NCBI GenBank assembly: GCA_965223265.1
Contig: OZ244999.1
Span: forward strand, 4,448,001 to 4,512,000
Reading direction: 5' to 3'
Origin: Planctomycetota bacterium
Lineage (GTDB): Bacteria; Planctomycetota; UBA8108; SXIK01
DNA: 64,000 bases
This document shows, one piece after another, positions 1 through 10,499 of this stretch. The position numbers and the translations under genes are program-made. The first letter of the stretch is position 1. The number at the start of each line of letters is the position of its first letter. Below the pieces are notes generated by a model. The model saw only the letters and a program-made list of their open reading frames with translations, ran no database searches and was not told the origin of the DNA.

Positions 1-412
1 TACCGATCGTCATGTTGGCGAGCTGTTGACCGCCTCCATCGAACACTCGCAGCTTGCCACCTTTCTTTTCATCCACTTCGAAGTTGGCGTGAGATCCGCG
101 CTGGTTGCCGAACTGCTCAGGGTCTTCCAACTCACCAAGCGACTTGAGGATCTTGCCGACCTTTTCGTCGTCCGCCGGGTAATTGAACGACGATGCAACG
201 AGCCACTGACCGCCCTCCTTCTTGAGCTCGACCTTACCTTCTCCCTTGGCGATCTCGATGCGGGCTGCGTCGTCGATCTTCGCCTCCTGCAAGCGCTGAA
301 AGCCGGCGGAGACCTCCCCTTCGTGGGTGACGTAGGGCGTCCGATCGACGAGAAAAAATGCAACGACAAGCACGACGAGCACGACGAGCGCGCCGATGAT
401 CGATTTATTCAT
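1..412 (-). CDS. DUF4340-like membrane-anchored protein (3' end runs off the window)
   Basis: Not in the ORF track. My translation from ATG 412 is MNKSIIGALVVLVVLVVAFFLVDRTP...ARIEIAKGEGKVELKKEGGQWLVASSFNYPADDEKVGKILKSL, open to the edge. N-terminal TM plus 'W...YPAD' pattern, directly downstream of a GldG-like gene, which is the usual DUF4340 position. Confidence 0.75.
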   Translation of the reverse strand, partial: MNKSIIGALVVLVVLVVAFFLVDRTPYVTHEGEVSAGFQRLQEAKIDDAARIEIAKGEGKVELKKEGGQWLVASSFNYPADDEKVGKILKSLGELEDPEQFGNQRGSHANFEVDEKKGGKLRVFDGGGQQLANMTIG

Positions 413-469
413 GACTGCGTCAGCCTCATTCTACGAAGACGGCAGGTTTTTGATTTTCTGTTCAGCGAC

Positions 470-2842
470 TCACGCACCGCGGGCTTGGTGCTGTTCGATG
501 TAGCGACGTTCATAGCCGATACTCCGGCTGCGTCGAACGAGAAAGACGACGATTCCGAAGACGGCCACGAGGACAGGGACGAGAAAGTTGAAAAAGATAA
601 TCGACTGGTACGAGTTCTCGGCGCCTGGCTTGAAGAATCGCTGCGTGAGCTGCTTGCGACGGATTGTCAGCAGACGTTCGTCCGCGCCGAACACCTCGAC
701 CGCATTGATCAGGAACGTCAGGTTGCCCTGACTGCCGCTCCCGTTGATGTACCCTGTCTTCATCATGTCGGCCGAAGAAACGAGAAGCAGTCGGCCATCG
801 ACAGGTGTGATCTCAACCTTGACCGGCACCGGCTTGGCCTCCTCGTCGCTAGCGTCGTCGGCGGCGGCGGCATCGCCTCCTCCCGCACTGGAGTCTCCAC
901 TGTCAGCGCCTGCATCTGTGGCAGTGTCTCCCGCGCCGGCGTTTGACTCCTGCAGCAGAGCCAAATCGTCTGGATCGACAGCGTCGAGGACACCATCACC
1001 GCCGCCCGGCATACCTGGGAAGCCTCCCGGCATGCCCGGGAAACCTCCCGGCATGCCTCCGTGTGGGTTCATCCCTCCAGGAGCTCCGGCATCAGGCTCC
1101 TCGCGCCACTCGGGGGCGGGCTGCCCCTGATACTTAAACGGAAACTTGCCCTGAACCAAAATCGCCAATTTGCGGGAATCTACGAAATCGGGAAACGTGT
1201 CCGGTTTTTCGTGAATCAAATCCTTCTGCTCACTCACCAGGCTTGGAGGTGCGCCGCGATTGAGAGGATTCTGAGCATTGGCGAACGGATTGATCGTTGC
1301 TGTCCACGACTGGTCCGACGACCTCGCCAACACTTCGGACGTGAATCCGAGCTTCTCGAAGATTGAGTCGGTCACGGCCACCCCAGTAGCCATCGGAAAA
1401 ACGAGCTCATTGACACCGTTGAGCATTGAGTGACTACTCTCAAGGTGGTCACGACGTGCGAGGACGCAGGCCGCCGCCGGCACGGCACCAGGGATCGTCA
1501 TCGGTCCGATTCGCTGCAGGAGCCGGATCGTGCCGCGCTCGTTTGATGCCAACGCCTGATGCGGCAGCTCGATTCCCCAGCTTTTGAGTAGATCATCGAA
1601 GTCTGATCCTGGGCCGAACGTCGCGATCGGAACTCCCTGCTGCATCCCCTGCTGCGAGTAATCGAGGCCAAAGCGCGAGGCCAAAAAGATCGTGCTCACG
1701 CCCAAGGAAATCGCCCGGTTGATCTCGAAAACCTGGCGCGGCTCGAGCTGATCCGGCTGCGCGATCACGAGGCAAGAGAGCAGTGCGTAGTCAGCAGGCT
1801 GCACGCCGCCCGCCAGTGCCTGCTCCTTAGCGGCGTCATCGGCACGCTCGTTTTCGCGCTCCCACTTGTCCTCCTTGAGCTTGCGGACAAGATCCTCGAT
1901 CGAATCGGCTTCTTTGATTGCCACTTCACGCAAGTCAAAGAACTCACGTAAGTGGTTCCAGACCGCCTCGTAGTCGGATGGCGGCGGGCGCTGCGGCTGC
2001 ATCGGATTCATCGGCGGGGCTGGAGGCTTGCGACCGTCGAAAACGGCAACCACCGGTTTCTGCTCACGCGTCAGCTTCAGGATGCGGCTAGCGAGTTCAT
2101 ACTCGAGGGTCTCGAGCCGGTGGTGAACCGGGATCACTTCAGGTTGCTTGTCGAGATATGAAATCTTGATCGCGGTGTAGGCTCGAACCTGACGAAACTC
2201 TCCCGCCGTTGACTCCTGCAGCGGGATCGGAAAAATCTGTTCCTCTTCGAGCTTTTGTTTGTACTGCTCCTCGAACTGTCGCCCCAGAATCTCGCGCTCG
2301 ACGTCTCCCTGCTCGCGCCCCTGACGTGCCGCCAACTTCTGAGCGGCTTCCTCACGCTGCTTACGGATTTCCTCGGCGGTCGGCGGCTGGCGCTGACTGA
2401 AGATGTCCTGAATCGTCTGGACGGGCTCCGGCTCTTCAGGCGTCTTACCGGCCTCTTTGGCCTCGTAATACGCGTCGACCTTCTCCCTCGCGTAGTTCGC
2501 CGCCTCTGCGTCGGGGTCACGGATCTCAAAGACAAGCTTACCACCCGAGATCTCGCTGAACTCTTCGAACATATCGCGCGTGTCGCGCACGACCGTCTTG
2601 AAGAAACTCGGCAGCTCCTTCCCGCTCACGTAGTAGTCGACCTTCACCTGGTCGATGAGCTCGCTCAGGATATTCTTCGTCGGCTCTGACACGGTGTAGA
2701 CTTTGTCCGCGGTCAGATCAACTTTGTGACGGCTCAGCGCTCCCGATAGCGGATAGAGCAGGAGCAAGATCACCACACAGATGCAGAGAAAAAGAATGTT
2801 CCCAACGAAGAACTTCTTGCGAAAACTTTGGCTGTCAGCCAT
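470..2842 (-). CDS. GldG-family ABC transporter auxiliary component
   Basis: N-terminal TM, then 'KVDLTADKVYTVSEPTKNIL' and 'LEYELASRILKL', C-terminal TM. Lies downstream of the ABC permease and ATPase. Confidence 0.85.
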   Translation of the reverse strand: MADSQSFRKKFFVGNILFLCICVVILLLLYPLSGALSRHKVDLTADKVYTVSEPTKNILSELIDQVKVDYYVSGKELPSFFKTVVRDTRDMFEEFSEISGGKLVFEIRDPDAEAANYAREKVDAYYEAKEAGKTPEEPEPVQTIQDIFSQRQPPTAEEIRKQREEAAQKLAARQGREQGDVEREILGRQFEEQYKQKLEEEQIFPIPLQESTAGEFRQVRAYTAIKISYLDKQPEVIPVHHRLETLEYELASRILKLTREQKPVVAVFDGRKPPAPPMNPMQPQRPPPSDYEAVWNHLREFFDLREVAIKEADSIEDLVRKLKEDKWERENERADDAAKEQALAGGVQPADYALLSCLVIAQPDQLEPRQVFEINRAISLGVSTIFLASRFGLDYSQQGMQQGVPIATFGPGSDFDDLLKSWGIELPHQALASNERGTIRLLQRIGPMTIPGAVPAAACVLARRDHLESSHSMLNGVNELVFPMATGVAVTDSIFEKLGFTSEVLARSSDQSWTATINPFANAQNPLNRGAPPSLVSEQKDLIHEKPDTFPDFVDSRKLAILVQGKFPFKYQGQPAPEWREEPDAGAPGGMNPHGGMPGGFPGMPGGFPGMPGGGDGVLDAVDPDDLALLQESNAGAGDTATDAGADSGDSSAGGGDAAAADDASDEEAKPVPVKVEITPVDGRLLLVSSADMMKTGYINGSGSQGNLTFLINAVEVFGADERLLTIRRKQLTQRFFKPGAENSYQSIIFFNFLVPVLVAVFGIVVFLVRRSRSIGYERRYIEQHQARGA
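1005..1058. repeat. Imperfect 21-bp coding tandem repeat (GGMPGGFPGMPGGFPGMPGG)
   Basis: cccggcatacctgggaagcct / cccggcatgcccgggaaacct / cccggcatgcct. Confidence 0.85.
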
Positions 2843-2938
2843 GAGCCACTCCTTCGGGCATGGAACACATTCGAATGAGCTTGATTCAAGTCGCAGGCGT
2901 CGGCGATGGACCGTAGTCGTTGGTCCAGCGAGCCGGGA

Positions 2939-3664
2939 TCAATACTTACGCCATTCGACCGCGAAGTTGGTCAAAATCAGAAAGAACGCAGTCAGACTCA
3001 AGGCGTAGACGAAGTCGACGGGGTTCAGTAGGCCACGAATGAAATTCTCGTAGTGCGGGTAGGCGCAGAACCAAGAGATCGCCGTACCGATCCCCAGAAG
3101 CTCGTTCAGTAGATCAACGACCGTGGGGAAACCGAGCGTCACCAGGAGGGCGAGAAGCACCATACTCACCAGCAGGGCGACGATCTGATTCTCGGTCATC
3201 GCTGAGGCCCACGAACCGACGGCGAGGTAGACCGCCGCCATGAGAAAGGCGCCGACGTAGCTGGTGAAAATCACCCCCCAATCGAGCTCAAGAACAAGGC
3301 TGATGCTGAGGGGCACGACCAAGGTCAAGAGAAGCGTCGCTGCCACGACGGTGAAGCCAGCGAAATACTTTCCGAGCACGACTTGCCAGGATCGAAACGG
3401 CAAGGTCATGAGGATTTCCATGGTTCCTGACTTCTTTTCCTCACTCCAAAGCCGCATCGTGATCGGCGGCACGAGAAGAAGGAACGCGAAGATAAGCCAC
3501 TGAAAGTAAGACCGTAGGTCCGGCGACGTCTGCTGAAAAAACTGATTGATGAAGAAGAAGAGCGCTCCCATGAGCACCAGAAAGACGCAGACGAAGATGT
3601 ACGCGATCGGCGAAGTAAAGTAGGACCGCACTTCGCGCCGGTAGATCGTCAGCAAGTTTCCCAT
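2939..3664 (-). CDS. ABC-2 type permease (GldF-like)
   Basis: 'RREVRSYFTSPIAY', 'ITMRLWSEEKKSGTMEILMTLP', about 6 TM helices. Confidence 0.92.
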   Translation of the reverse strand: MGNLLTIYRREVRSYFTSPIAYIFVCVFLVLMGALFFFINQFFQQTSPDLRSYFQWLIFAFLLLVPPITMRLWSEEKKSGTMEILMTLPFRSWQVVLGKYFAGFTVVAATLLLTLVVPLSISLVLELDWGVIFTSYVGAFLMAAVYLAVGSWASAMTENQIVALLVSMVLLALLVTLGFPTVVDLLNELLGIGTAISWFCAYPHYENFIRGLLNPVDFVYALSLTAFFLILTNFAVEWRKY

Positions 3665-3732
3665 GATTTCGAATGACCTCGGTTTATCTGGCCGCCGGCA
3701 CCGGGCCGCGGCGCGTTCTCTCGATGACAGGA

Positions 3733-4689
3733 TTAGGCTGCGCTAGTGCTCGGCTTAGCGTCACTCTTGGTGAGCTGGAGGTACACGTCCTCGAGGCTCC
3801 GCATCTCCGGCTCGAGCGACGCCATCTCCCAACCCGCATCTTTGGCGAGGTGAAAAACGGCACGCCCAACGTCGGCGGATTCCGCGGCGCGTACACGCAC
3901 GTCGTGGAAGTCGCCGTGGTGCCCTAAGAACTCGACGGAATCAACACCGTCGAGCGCCGCAAGCTTCGCTTGGACGTCTGCCTCTGACCCGCTGATCGAG
4001 GCGCGGAATACTTGCTGCCCGCTCGACTTGACCTGCAGCTCCTTGGGGGTGCCGTCAGCGACCAACTTGCCGTCGTTGATGATGATGATCCGCGAGCAAA
4101 CCGCGGAGATCTCCTGCAGGATGTGCGAGCTGAACAGAATCACCTTGCTCTGGCCAAGGCGCCGAAGGAGCTCGCGAATCTCGACGATCTGGTGTGGATC
4201 AAGGCCGCTGGTCGGCTCGTCCAGAATCAGGATCGGTGGGTCGTGGATCAGGGCCTGGGCCAATCCGACGCGCTGTTTGTAACCTTTCGACAGGTGGCCG
4301 ACGTTCTTCTTCATCATGCGAGCGATCTCAACCTGGTCGACGACGCGGTCGATGGCTGACTTCGCCCGTGCCCCGTCAAGACCGCGAGCGCGGCAGACAA
4401 AACGCAAGTAGTCCCCCACCTGCATGTCGGCGTAGACGGCTGTACTTTCCGGCAAGTATCCGATGTTCTGCCGCACTGCGAACGAATCCTCAAGGACGTC
4501 GTGACCGGCGACGCTGACGCTGCCCGCGTCGGCGACGATGTAGCACGTGAGGATTTTCAGCGTCGTCGACTTGCCGGCGCCGTTCGGTCCCAGAAAGCCG
4601 AGAATCTCCCCCGGCTTGACAGAAAAGGAGACGTGATTGACGGCCACCGTGGCGCCATAGCGTTTAACGATGTCTTGGACTTCGATCAT
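3733..4689 (-). CDS. ABC transporter ATP-binding protein (GldA-like)
   Basis: Walker A GPNGAGKS, signature LSKGYKQR, Walker B ILDEP. Start placed at MIEVQDIVKRYG. Confidence 0.93.
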   Translation of the reverse strand: MIEVQDIVKRYGATVAVNHVSFSVKPGEILGFLGPNGAGKSTTLKILTCYIVADAGSVSVAGHDVLEDSFAVRQNIGYLPESTAVYADMQVGDYLRFVCRARGLDGARAKSAIDRVVDQVEIARMMKKNVGHLSKGYKQRVGLAQALIHDPPILILDEPTSGLDPHQIVEIRELLRRLGQSKVILFSSHILQEISAVCSRIIIINDGKLVADGTPKELQVKSSGQQVFRASISGSEADVQAKLAALDGVDSVEFLGHHGDFHDVRVRAAESADVGRAVFHLAKDAGWEMASLEPEMRSLEDVYLQLTKSDAKPSTSAA

Positions 4690-5123
4690 GCATCCTCTCC
4701 GGCGCCACATGCGGTGACGCAAGGTCCTCCAAGGCGACGAACACCCCGGTTCACGAATGAACTCAATGAGTGCCCAAACTCAGTGCCGGCGCGCTCTTCT
4801 CACCGCTTCGGCTCGCCGTGTTTGCGACACTGGGGTAACTATCTGCTCAAAAAATCATTTCTGTACGGCCGGCCCGGCGCCTCGCTGTAACCCTTGAGAA
4901 CCTCAGAGATTACTGCGCAGCGGCCGATACGATTGCCGACAACCAACGGGCGCACCCGGGCGCCTTCGAACCACGACGTCGTCCCTGGCTTGCACCGTAG
5001 TGGCGGGGGGCGAGCGGCTGGTCCCGAAAGAGCAGATGCAGCCGTTGCGGACGATTCGCGAAAAAAGCCGGCGAAACGAAAAGGTCCCTCGCTCGGGGCA
5101 TCCGCCCCACCCGTCGCCGACCG

Positions 5124-5216
5124 CACGTCACGGCCGCACGTCACGGCCTCACGTCACGGCCTCACGTCACGGCCTCACGTCACGGGTCACGGCCTCACGT
5201 CACGGCCACCACGTCA
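5124..5216. repeat. 13-bp tandem repeat (cacgtcacggccN, about 6.5 copies)
   Basis: Directly visible. One unit carries a 7-bp internal duplication. Overlaps the stop codon of the 5200..7530 CDS. Confidence 0.95.
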
Positions 5217-7530
5217 GGAGACGGCGGAGGCTGGCCGCCGCCGCCTCGTGCAGCTGCGCGGCGCCCGGGTCGGAGGCGGAGTCAGAAAAGATGTAGATGA
5301 CCGCATAGCGCTCGGCGGCCGCCGCGGGATCTACGTCCACCTCAGCGTTGGCCTTCTCGAGCTCGTCTCGCAGCCAATGCACGCGTCGCTCCGCCACAAG
5401 GTCGCCGAGCTTCTGCCCCACCGTGCGCGCGAGTCTGAGCAGCAGGTCGCTGCGCGACGGCAGGTCGTCGGGGTCGCTCAGAATCACACCGTCCGCCTCC
5501 GGGAGGACGACGCGGTCGCGCAGGATTTCGGCGGCAGTGACCCATAGGCGCTCTTGGTCGAGCTCAAACTCGAGCGCCAGTGCAGCTTGATAGAGTCTGT
5601 GCTCAGTCGGCGCCGACCGCTCCCCCCAACTCAGCTCGGCCAATTGCCGTGGGAGGGCCTGCGCCCGGACAGTCATGCGGTGCAGACGCTGGGACGCCAA
5701 TCGTCGCCGCTCATCCAACAGGCCGCGGGCCAGAGCCGAACTCGGGTCGGGAGCTTCGAGAAGCTGCTCGAGTTCGTGCTGCGCCGCGTCGAGCTCCTCC
5801 GTCGCTTGCTTGCTGGCTTGGCTCGGAGAGAGCTGCATACCGGCCACCATCGGCTGCCGGATCCACCCCGGGCGCAGCGCCCGCGGTGCGACCCAAAACT
5901 CAGCCTGGCGCAGAACGACGACACCCAGCCCCCCGGCGCGCCCGGCCCGGCGCGTGCGCTTGAGCGCATGGCCCGGGAGGCTCCGCAAGCTGGCCGCTCG
6001 AGCGACGACCTCGAGCAGATCGTCCGCAGCGGCGCGGCGCACACGCCAGAGGTCGCACTTGAGGTCCCACTCGTCGGAGGCAAGGGCGACCTTGAACTCC
6101 AGCGTTCCGGCGGGGCCGCGCCCAGCCAGACGCGCCCGAAGACGGGCGGCGCGCAGGCGCAGTGATTTCGCCTGACACCCCGCGACCTCAGATGCCGCAC
6201 GCACCCCGTCTGTGGTGGAGACGCCGTCGGCGGCGAAGCGATGGACCGTTTCGCAGAGCGTCGTCGCCAGCTGCAAGCAGAGAAGCGCGGTGGCGATGCG
6301 GCCTTCGTCTTCCAGTTCAAAAGCGCGCAGCGTCAGCTCGTCTGTCAGTTCACGCCGAACCGTGCGCTCGAGTTCTGCGACTCGAGCGGCTTCGACCAGG
6401 TTCTGGCCAGAGCCGAGACCCCTTTCCCCCAAACGCGCCATCTCCGCCAGAGCCGCGTAGGCGACATGCCACACCTCGGCGCGAGCGGCCTCGACAGCTC
6501 TTGAGTACGCCCGCTCGATGCGCGCGCGGTGGACCCGGGCCTCGCCATCAGCCGCGGCCTCGAGCCCGGGGTGGGCGAGGCGGGCCGACCGAAAACGCTG
6601 CGCGGCCTGATCAAGCACCCCGCTAGCTTCAGACTCCGCCGCCGCCCGCAGCCACTGCAAACCTCGCCGTACAGAAGCAATGACCGTCGTTGCTCGACGG
6701 CACTCATCGAGATGGCGCTCGAGGAGAACGGCCACGTCGGCATCGGAGGCGACATCGTCGCCGACAGCATCGAGGCCGACAGCATCGAGGCCGAACGCCG
6801 AAGTCGCCCCCAGACGACGATCCAGTTCGAGCTGCGCTTGCGTCAGCTCGAGTCGCAGATTCTCCCACCCAGCTTGCAGTTTCTCGAGACGGCGCTCCTC
6901 GGCGGGCAGAGCCGCCCCGAACGTTCGTTCGCTCAGCTCTCGCGAGCGGCTCTCCACGGCCGCACGCAGCGCCGCCGACCACTCCGGCTGCCGCGCCTCG
7001 GGAGCCATCGACGCGCTAAGGAAATCACCGAGGTGGTGCACTCTCTCCCACGATCCCGGAGGCGCGGCTTCAACACGGCGCTCGAGCGCCGCCAAGTCGA
7101 CGAGCCCCTGTCGCACGCGAGCGTGGTCGTCTGCCACGAAGATCCACTCGGGCGCATACTCCAGGGCGAGACGATAGTGATGGAGAGCAGCAGCAAACTC
7201 TCCCTGCCGCTCGAGCTCGCGCCCAGCGCCGCGCTCGGCGCGGGCAACTTGTCGCCCAGCCTGCTCGCACGCGCGGCGATAGGAGTCGGAATCGGGATTC
7301 AGCCGGATTGCCTGCCAAAAGTCGCGGTAGGCTGATCGATAATCACCGCTCTCGTAGTGCGCCTCACCACGACGAAACTCGGCACGACCGCGGCATCCCG
7401 AGCTGATCAAACCGCACGCCAGTACAGCGGCGAGAGTGCTGAGCGCTGCAGCACGCGCACGGCGGCGAGTCTCGAGACGACGGGAAGCCAGCTCTCGGTG
7501 AAGAAGCGAACCGCGCAAGTCTACCGGCAC
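5200..7530 (-). CDS. TPR-containing putative lipoprotein
   Basis: 776-aa ORF. Hydrophobic segment ending ISSGC, then TPR-like helices (GEAHYESGDYRSAYRDFWQAIRLNPD; GEFAAALHHYRLALEYAP). Start uncertain. Confidence 0.7.
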   Translation of the reverse strand: MPVDLRGSLLHRELASRRLETRRRARAAALSTLAAVLACGLISSGCRGRAEFRRGEAHYESGDYRSAYRDFWQAIRLNPDSDSYRRACEQAGRQVARAERGAGRELERQGEFAAALHHYRLALEYAPEWIFVADDHARVRQGLVDLAALERRVEAAPPGSWERVHHLGDFLSASMAPEARQPEWSAALRAAVESRSRELSERTFGAALPAEERRLEKLQAGWENLRLELTQAQLELDRRLGATSAFGLDAVGLDAVGDDVASDADVAVLLERHLDECRRATTVIASVRRGLQWLRAAAESEASGVLDQAAQRFRSARLAHPGLEAAADGEARVHRARIERAYSRAVEAARAEVWHVAYAALAEMARLGERGLGSGQNLVEAARVAELERTVRRELTDELTLRAFELEDEGRIATALLCLQLATTLCETVHRFAADGVSTTDGVRAASEVAGCQAKSLRLRAARLRARLAGRGPAGTLEFKVALASDEWDLKCDLWRVRRAAADDLLEVVARAASLRSLPGHALKRTRRAGRAGGLGVVVLRQAEFWVAPRALRPGWIRQPMVAGMQLSPSQASKQATEELDAAQHELEQLLEAPDPSSALARGLLDERRRLASQRLHRMTVRAQALPRQLAELSWGERSAPTEHRLYQAALALEFELDQERLWVTAAEILRDRVVLPEADGVILSDPDDLPSRSDLLLRLARTVGQKLGDLVAERRVHWLRDELEKANAEVDVDPAAAAERYAVIYIFSDSASDPGAAQLHEAAAASLRRLLTWWP

Positions 7531-7806
7531 CTCACCTCTCGGCGTGAATGTTTTCGAACCGCTCTACGACGGCCGAAAACACTCTCTCGTGGACCAACGC
7601 TCGCAAACGGCCATGGTGCGCGCACGTGGTGCGTGGCGCGCCGCCATCTCGCGCAAGTTGGGTTCGTAGCTCGTGCCCGGCCCGAAAAACGTACCATCCA
7701 CCGAGACGCGCGACAAAAACTGGCAGCGTTTCGCGGCCTCTTCGACGTGTTTCCCGAGCTTTCGGCGTGACACCGCGGCGGCGTTATCGCCCGATGCTTC
7801 GGCAAC

Positions 7807-8937
7807 TCAGACGAGGTTTCCCTGCACGAGAAGGTCGCGGCCGAGGCGTTTCACTTGCGGTTGTTCAAGCCAGGGGGTCTCCTCCAGCCGCGAGACGCCG
7901 GGGCCTCCAACCGCACTTGGCGCGCTCGTCCCACCTGCGATGCGCGGCGCGAGGTAAACCGCCGCCTCGTGCGCTGCCCCAGCAGCCAAGCACTCACCGA
8001 GAAGGGACGCACCTCCTTCGACAAGGACCTGGGAGATGCCAAGCGCGCCGATGCGAGAGAACAGCTCGGTCAACTCGAATTTGCCGCGGCGCACAGGTGC
8101 GACAAGGACCTCGACGCCTTGGGCCGACAGTCGCTGGCGACGACGAGCTGCGACCGCACGCGTCGTGACGTACCACCGCGCCCCGTACCCCGAGACGTCT
8201 GACTCGGCTTGCAGAAAACGCGACTTCCATGGCAGGCGACCACGGCGGTCCAAAACGAAGCGCGCCGGCGTGCGCCCGCGGGCGGGTCGTGGATCTAGCC
8301 GCGGATCGTCGAGAAGCGCTGTTTGCGTGCCGACGAGCACGGCATCGACGCGCCGTCTTAACCCGTGCGCATGCCTGCGGGCTTTGTCTCCCGTGATCCA
8401 TCGCGACTCACCTGCAGCCGTGGCGATCTTCCCGTCGAGCGTCATTGCCCATTTGAGAATCACCCATGGCGTCCCGGTCTCAACCCAGTGAAAGAACGGC
8501 CGATTGAGAGCCAGCGCATCGTCACGGCAGACACCGGCGACGACTTCGATGCCGTGGCGTCGCAGAAGGCGCGGACCGCGGCCGCGCGCGCGGGAAAATG
8601 GATCCGGCGCAGCGTAGATCACACGACGCACGCCGGCGGCGACCAAAGCGTCGGCACACGGCGGCGTCTTGCCATGATGGGCGCAGGGCTCGAGCGTAAT
8701 GTACACATCGCTGTGCCTGGCGTCACCGGCATCGCGCAGGGCTTCCACCTCGGCATGATCGCCACCGAAGCGTCGATGGTAGCCTTGTCCAACGATGCGG
8801 CCGCCGCGAACAACGACAGCACCGACCATCGGGTTTGGTGACACGGTCTCGAGGCCACGGCGAGCCAAACGCAACGCGAGACGCATGAACTCTTCATCGC
8901 GTGTCCGGAAAGCTGAGCTCTTCACTTGCTTTGGCAT
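7807..8937 (-). CDS. ribD: Bifunctional riboflavin deaminase/reductase
   Basis: SPNPMVGAV, HAE, TLEPCAHHGKTPPC, KWAMTLDGKIA, VEGG motifs. Confidence 0.97.
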   Translation of the reverse strand: MPKQVKSSAFRTRDEEFMRLALRLARRGLETVSPNPMVGAVVVRGGRIVGQGYHRRFGGDHAEVEALRDAGDARHSDVYITLEPCAHHGKTPPCADALVAAGVRRVIYAAPDPFSRARGRGPRLLRRHGIEVVAGVCRDDALALNRPFFHWVETGTPWVILKWAMTLDGKIATAAGESRWITGDKARRHAHGLRRRVDAVLVGTQTALLDDPRLDPRPARGRTPARFVLDRRGRLPWKSRFLQAESDVSGYGARWYVTTRAVAARRRQRLSAQGVEVLVAPVRRGKFELTELFSRIGALGISQVLVEGGASLLGECLAAGAAHEAAVYLAPRIAGGTSAPSAVGGPGVSRLEETPWLEQPQVKRLGRDLLVQGNLV

Positions 8938-9035
8938 CGATCCTCAGCGCTCGGCGCTGGCCACCATCCACCCCGTCGCGACGGAAACCCGCGGCAGATC
9001 TGAACGCGAAACGCACGATTCATTCCGCAGTCGTT

Positions 9036-10499
9036 TCACTCCGCCGGATCGACGCGTTCGCCGACCAAGACGACGTTGGTCGCCTCGCGGATGCGAACAT
9101 CGACCCGTTGACCGATCACGCCCTCGCTCTCAGAGCCCGGAAAAACGACGATTTGGTGGCGCCGGTTACGCCCACACAAGCGCGTTGGGTCAAGCTTACT
9201 CACGCCTTCGACCAACACCTCTTCGACGTGCCCTATTCGCTCCGCATAGATTTCGCGGGCGATGCGCTCGACTGTCTGCAGAAGGCGCTGATGGCGCTCC
9301 CGCTTGACTTCTTCTGGCACGTCGTCGCTCGCCGTCATTGCCGCGCGAGTGCCCGCCCGCTCGGAGTACTTAAAAGCAAACGCACCTTGAAAACGAATCT
9401 CCTCCGCAAGGCGGATCGTCGCGTCAAACTCCGCATCCGTTTCGCCGCAAAATCCAACGATGAAGTCGGTCGCAAGACCCAAATCCGGAATCTTTTCACG
9501 ACACTCGTCGATCACGCGGCGGTAGTGGTCGATTGTGTGGGTCCGCAGCATTCTTTTGAGGACAGCATCGTGGCCCGATTGAACAGGCAGGTGTAGGTAT
9601 CTCTTCACCTTGTCGAGGACCGCCATCGCCTCGATGAGCTCAGGAAACATGAAGCGGGGATGCGACGTAATGAAGCTAATGCGCTCCAACCCACGAATTT
9701 TTGCTAGCTCGTAGAGCACATGGTGCAGTCCGATCTGGCGACCCTTCGCCAGTCGCTTGCCGTACGAGTTGACCGTCTGCCCGAGAAGCGTGATCTCCCG
9801 CACTCCCTGGTCGACTAAAACACGAGCTTCCTCAACGATGTCACGCACTGGTCGGCTGACTTCCTTGCCGCGTGTCGTCGGCACGACACAAAACGTGCAC
9901 GCCTGATCACAGCCACGCATGACCGAAATGAAGGCTTGAAAAGGCGTCGGTCCAAGATTACGTCGGCGATGAAAGTGCGGCTCGACCTCGAGATCGAGAG
10001 CAGCCACCTGCGCGCCGGCGCGCGCCTTCGTGATGAGCTCTGGGAGGCGCAGAAACTCTCCTGGGCCACAAACGATGCCGACTTGCGGATAGCGCTTGAA
10101 GATCGTTTCGCGATGGTTCTGCGCACTGCAACCGAGCACGCCGATGACGACATCAGGGCGCCGCTCTTTCAACGGCCGGAGCGAACCGACCTTAGAGAAG
10201 ACGCGATTCTCAGCCTGTTCACGGATGGCGCACGTGTTGTAGAGAACAACTCCGGCATCTCGGACGTTACGTGTCAGGCGGTAGCCCTCGTCGTACAGGA
10301 CGCTCATCATGAGCTCCGCGTCCAGTTTGTTCATCTGGCAGCCGAACACCTCAAAGTAGACCCGTTTCTGGCGCGGCACGCCGGCGGCTTCAGCTTCGTC
10401 GACGTCGACGCCGTCCTCAGCGTGGAGGAAACTCGAGAGGTAGCTGCTGGCACCACGCGAAGGCGCGGTGGAAGGTTTGACAACGGGCAACGGCTGCAT
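9036..10499 (-). CDS. miaB: tRNA methylthiotransferase (radical SAM)
   Basis: FGCQMNKLD, NTCAIREQAE, CxxxCxxC (GCDQACTFC), YSERAGTRA, C-terminal TRAM domain. Confidence 0.95.
   Translation of the reverse strand: MQPLPVVKPSTAPSRGASSYLSSFLHAEDGVDVDEAEAAGVPRQKRVYFEVFGCQMNKLDAELMMSVLYDEGYRLTRNVRDAGVVLYNTCAIREQAENRVFSKVGSLRPLKERRPDVVIGVLGCSAQNHRETIFKRYPQVGIVCGPGEFLRLPELITKARAGAQVAALDLEVEPHFHRRRNLGPTPFQAFISVMRGCDQACTFCVVPTTRGKEVSRPVRDIVEEARVLVDQGVREITLLGQTVNSYGKRLAKGRQIGLHHVLYELAKIRGLERISFITSHPRFMFPELIEAMAVLDKVKRYLHLPVQSGHDAVLKRMLRTHTIDHYRRVIDECREKIPDLGLATDFIVGFCGETDAEFDATIRLAEEIRFQGAFAFKYSERAGTRAAMTASDDVPEEVKRERHQRLLQTVERIAREIYAERIGHVEEVLVEGVSKLDPTRLCGRNRRHQIVVFPGSESEGVIGQRVDVRIREATNVVLVGERVDPAE

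Noticed and set aside
1-4689. Gliding motility locus
   Set aside because: GldA/F/G-like ABC systems are widespread in non-gliders, and no other gld/spr genes are in the window.
5124-5216. CRISPR array
   Set aside because: Units are 13 bp and contiguous, with no unique spacers and no cas genes.
6760-6796. 15-bp in-frame duplication (GLDAV x2) in the TPR gene
   Set aside because: Real but trivial slippage with no functional inference.
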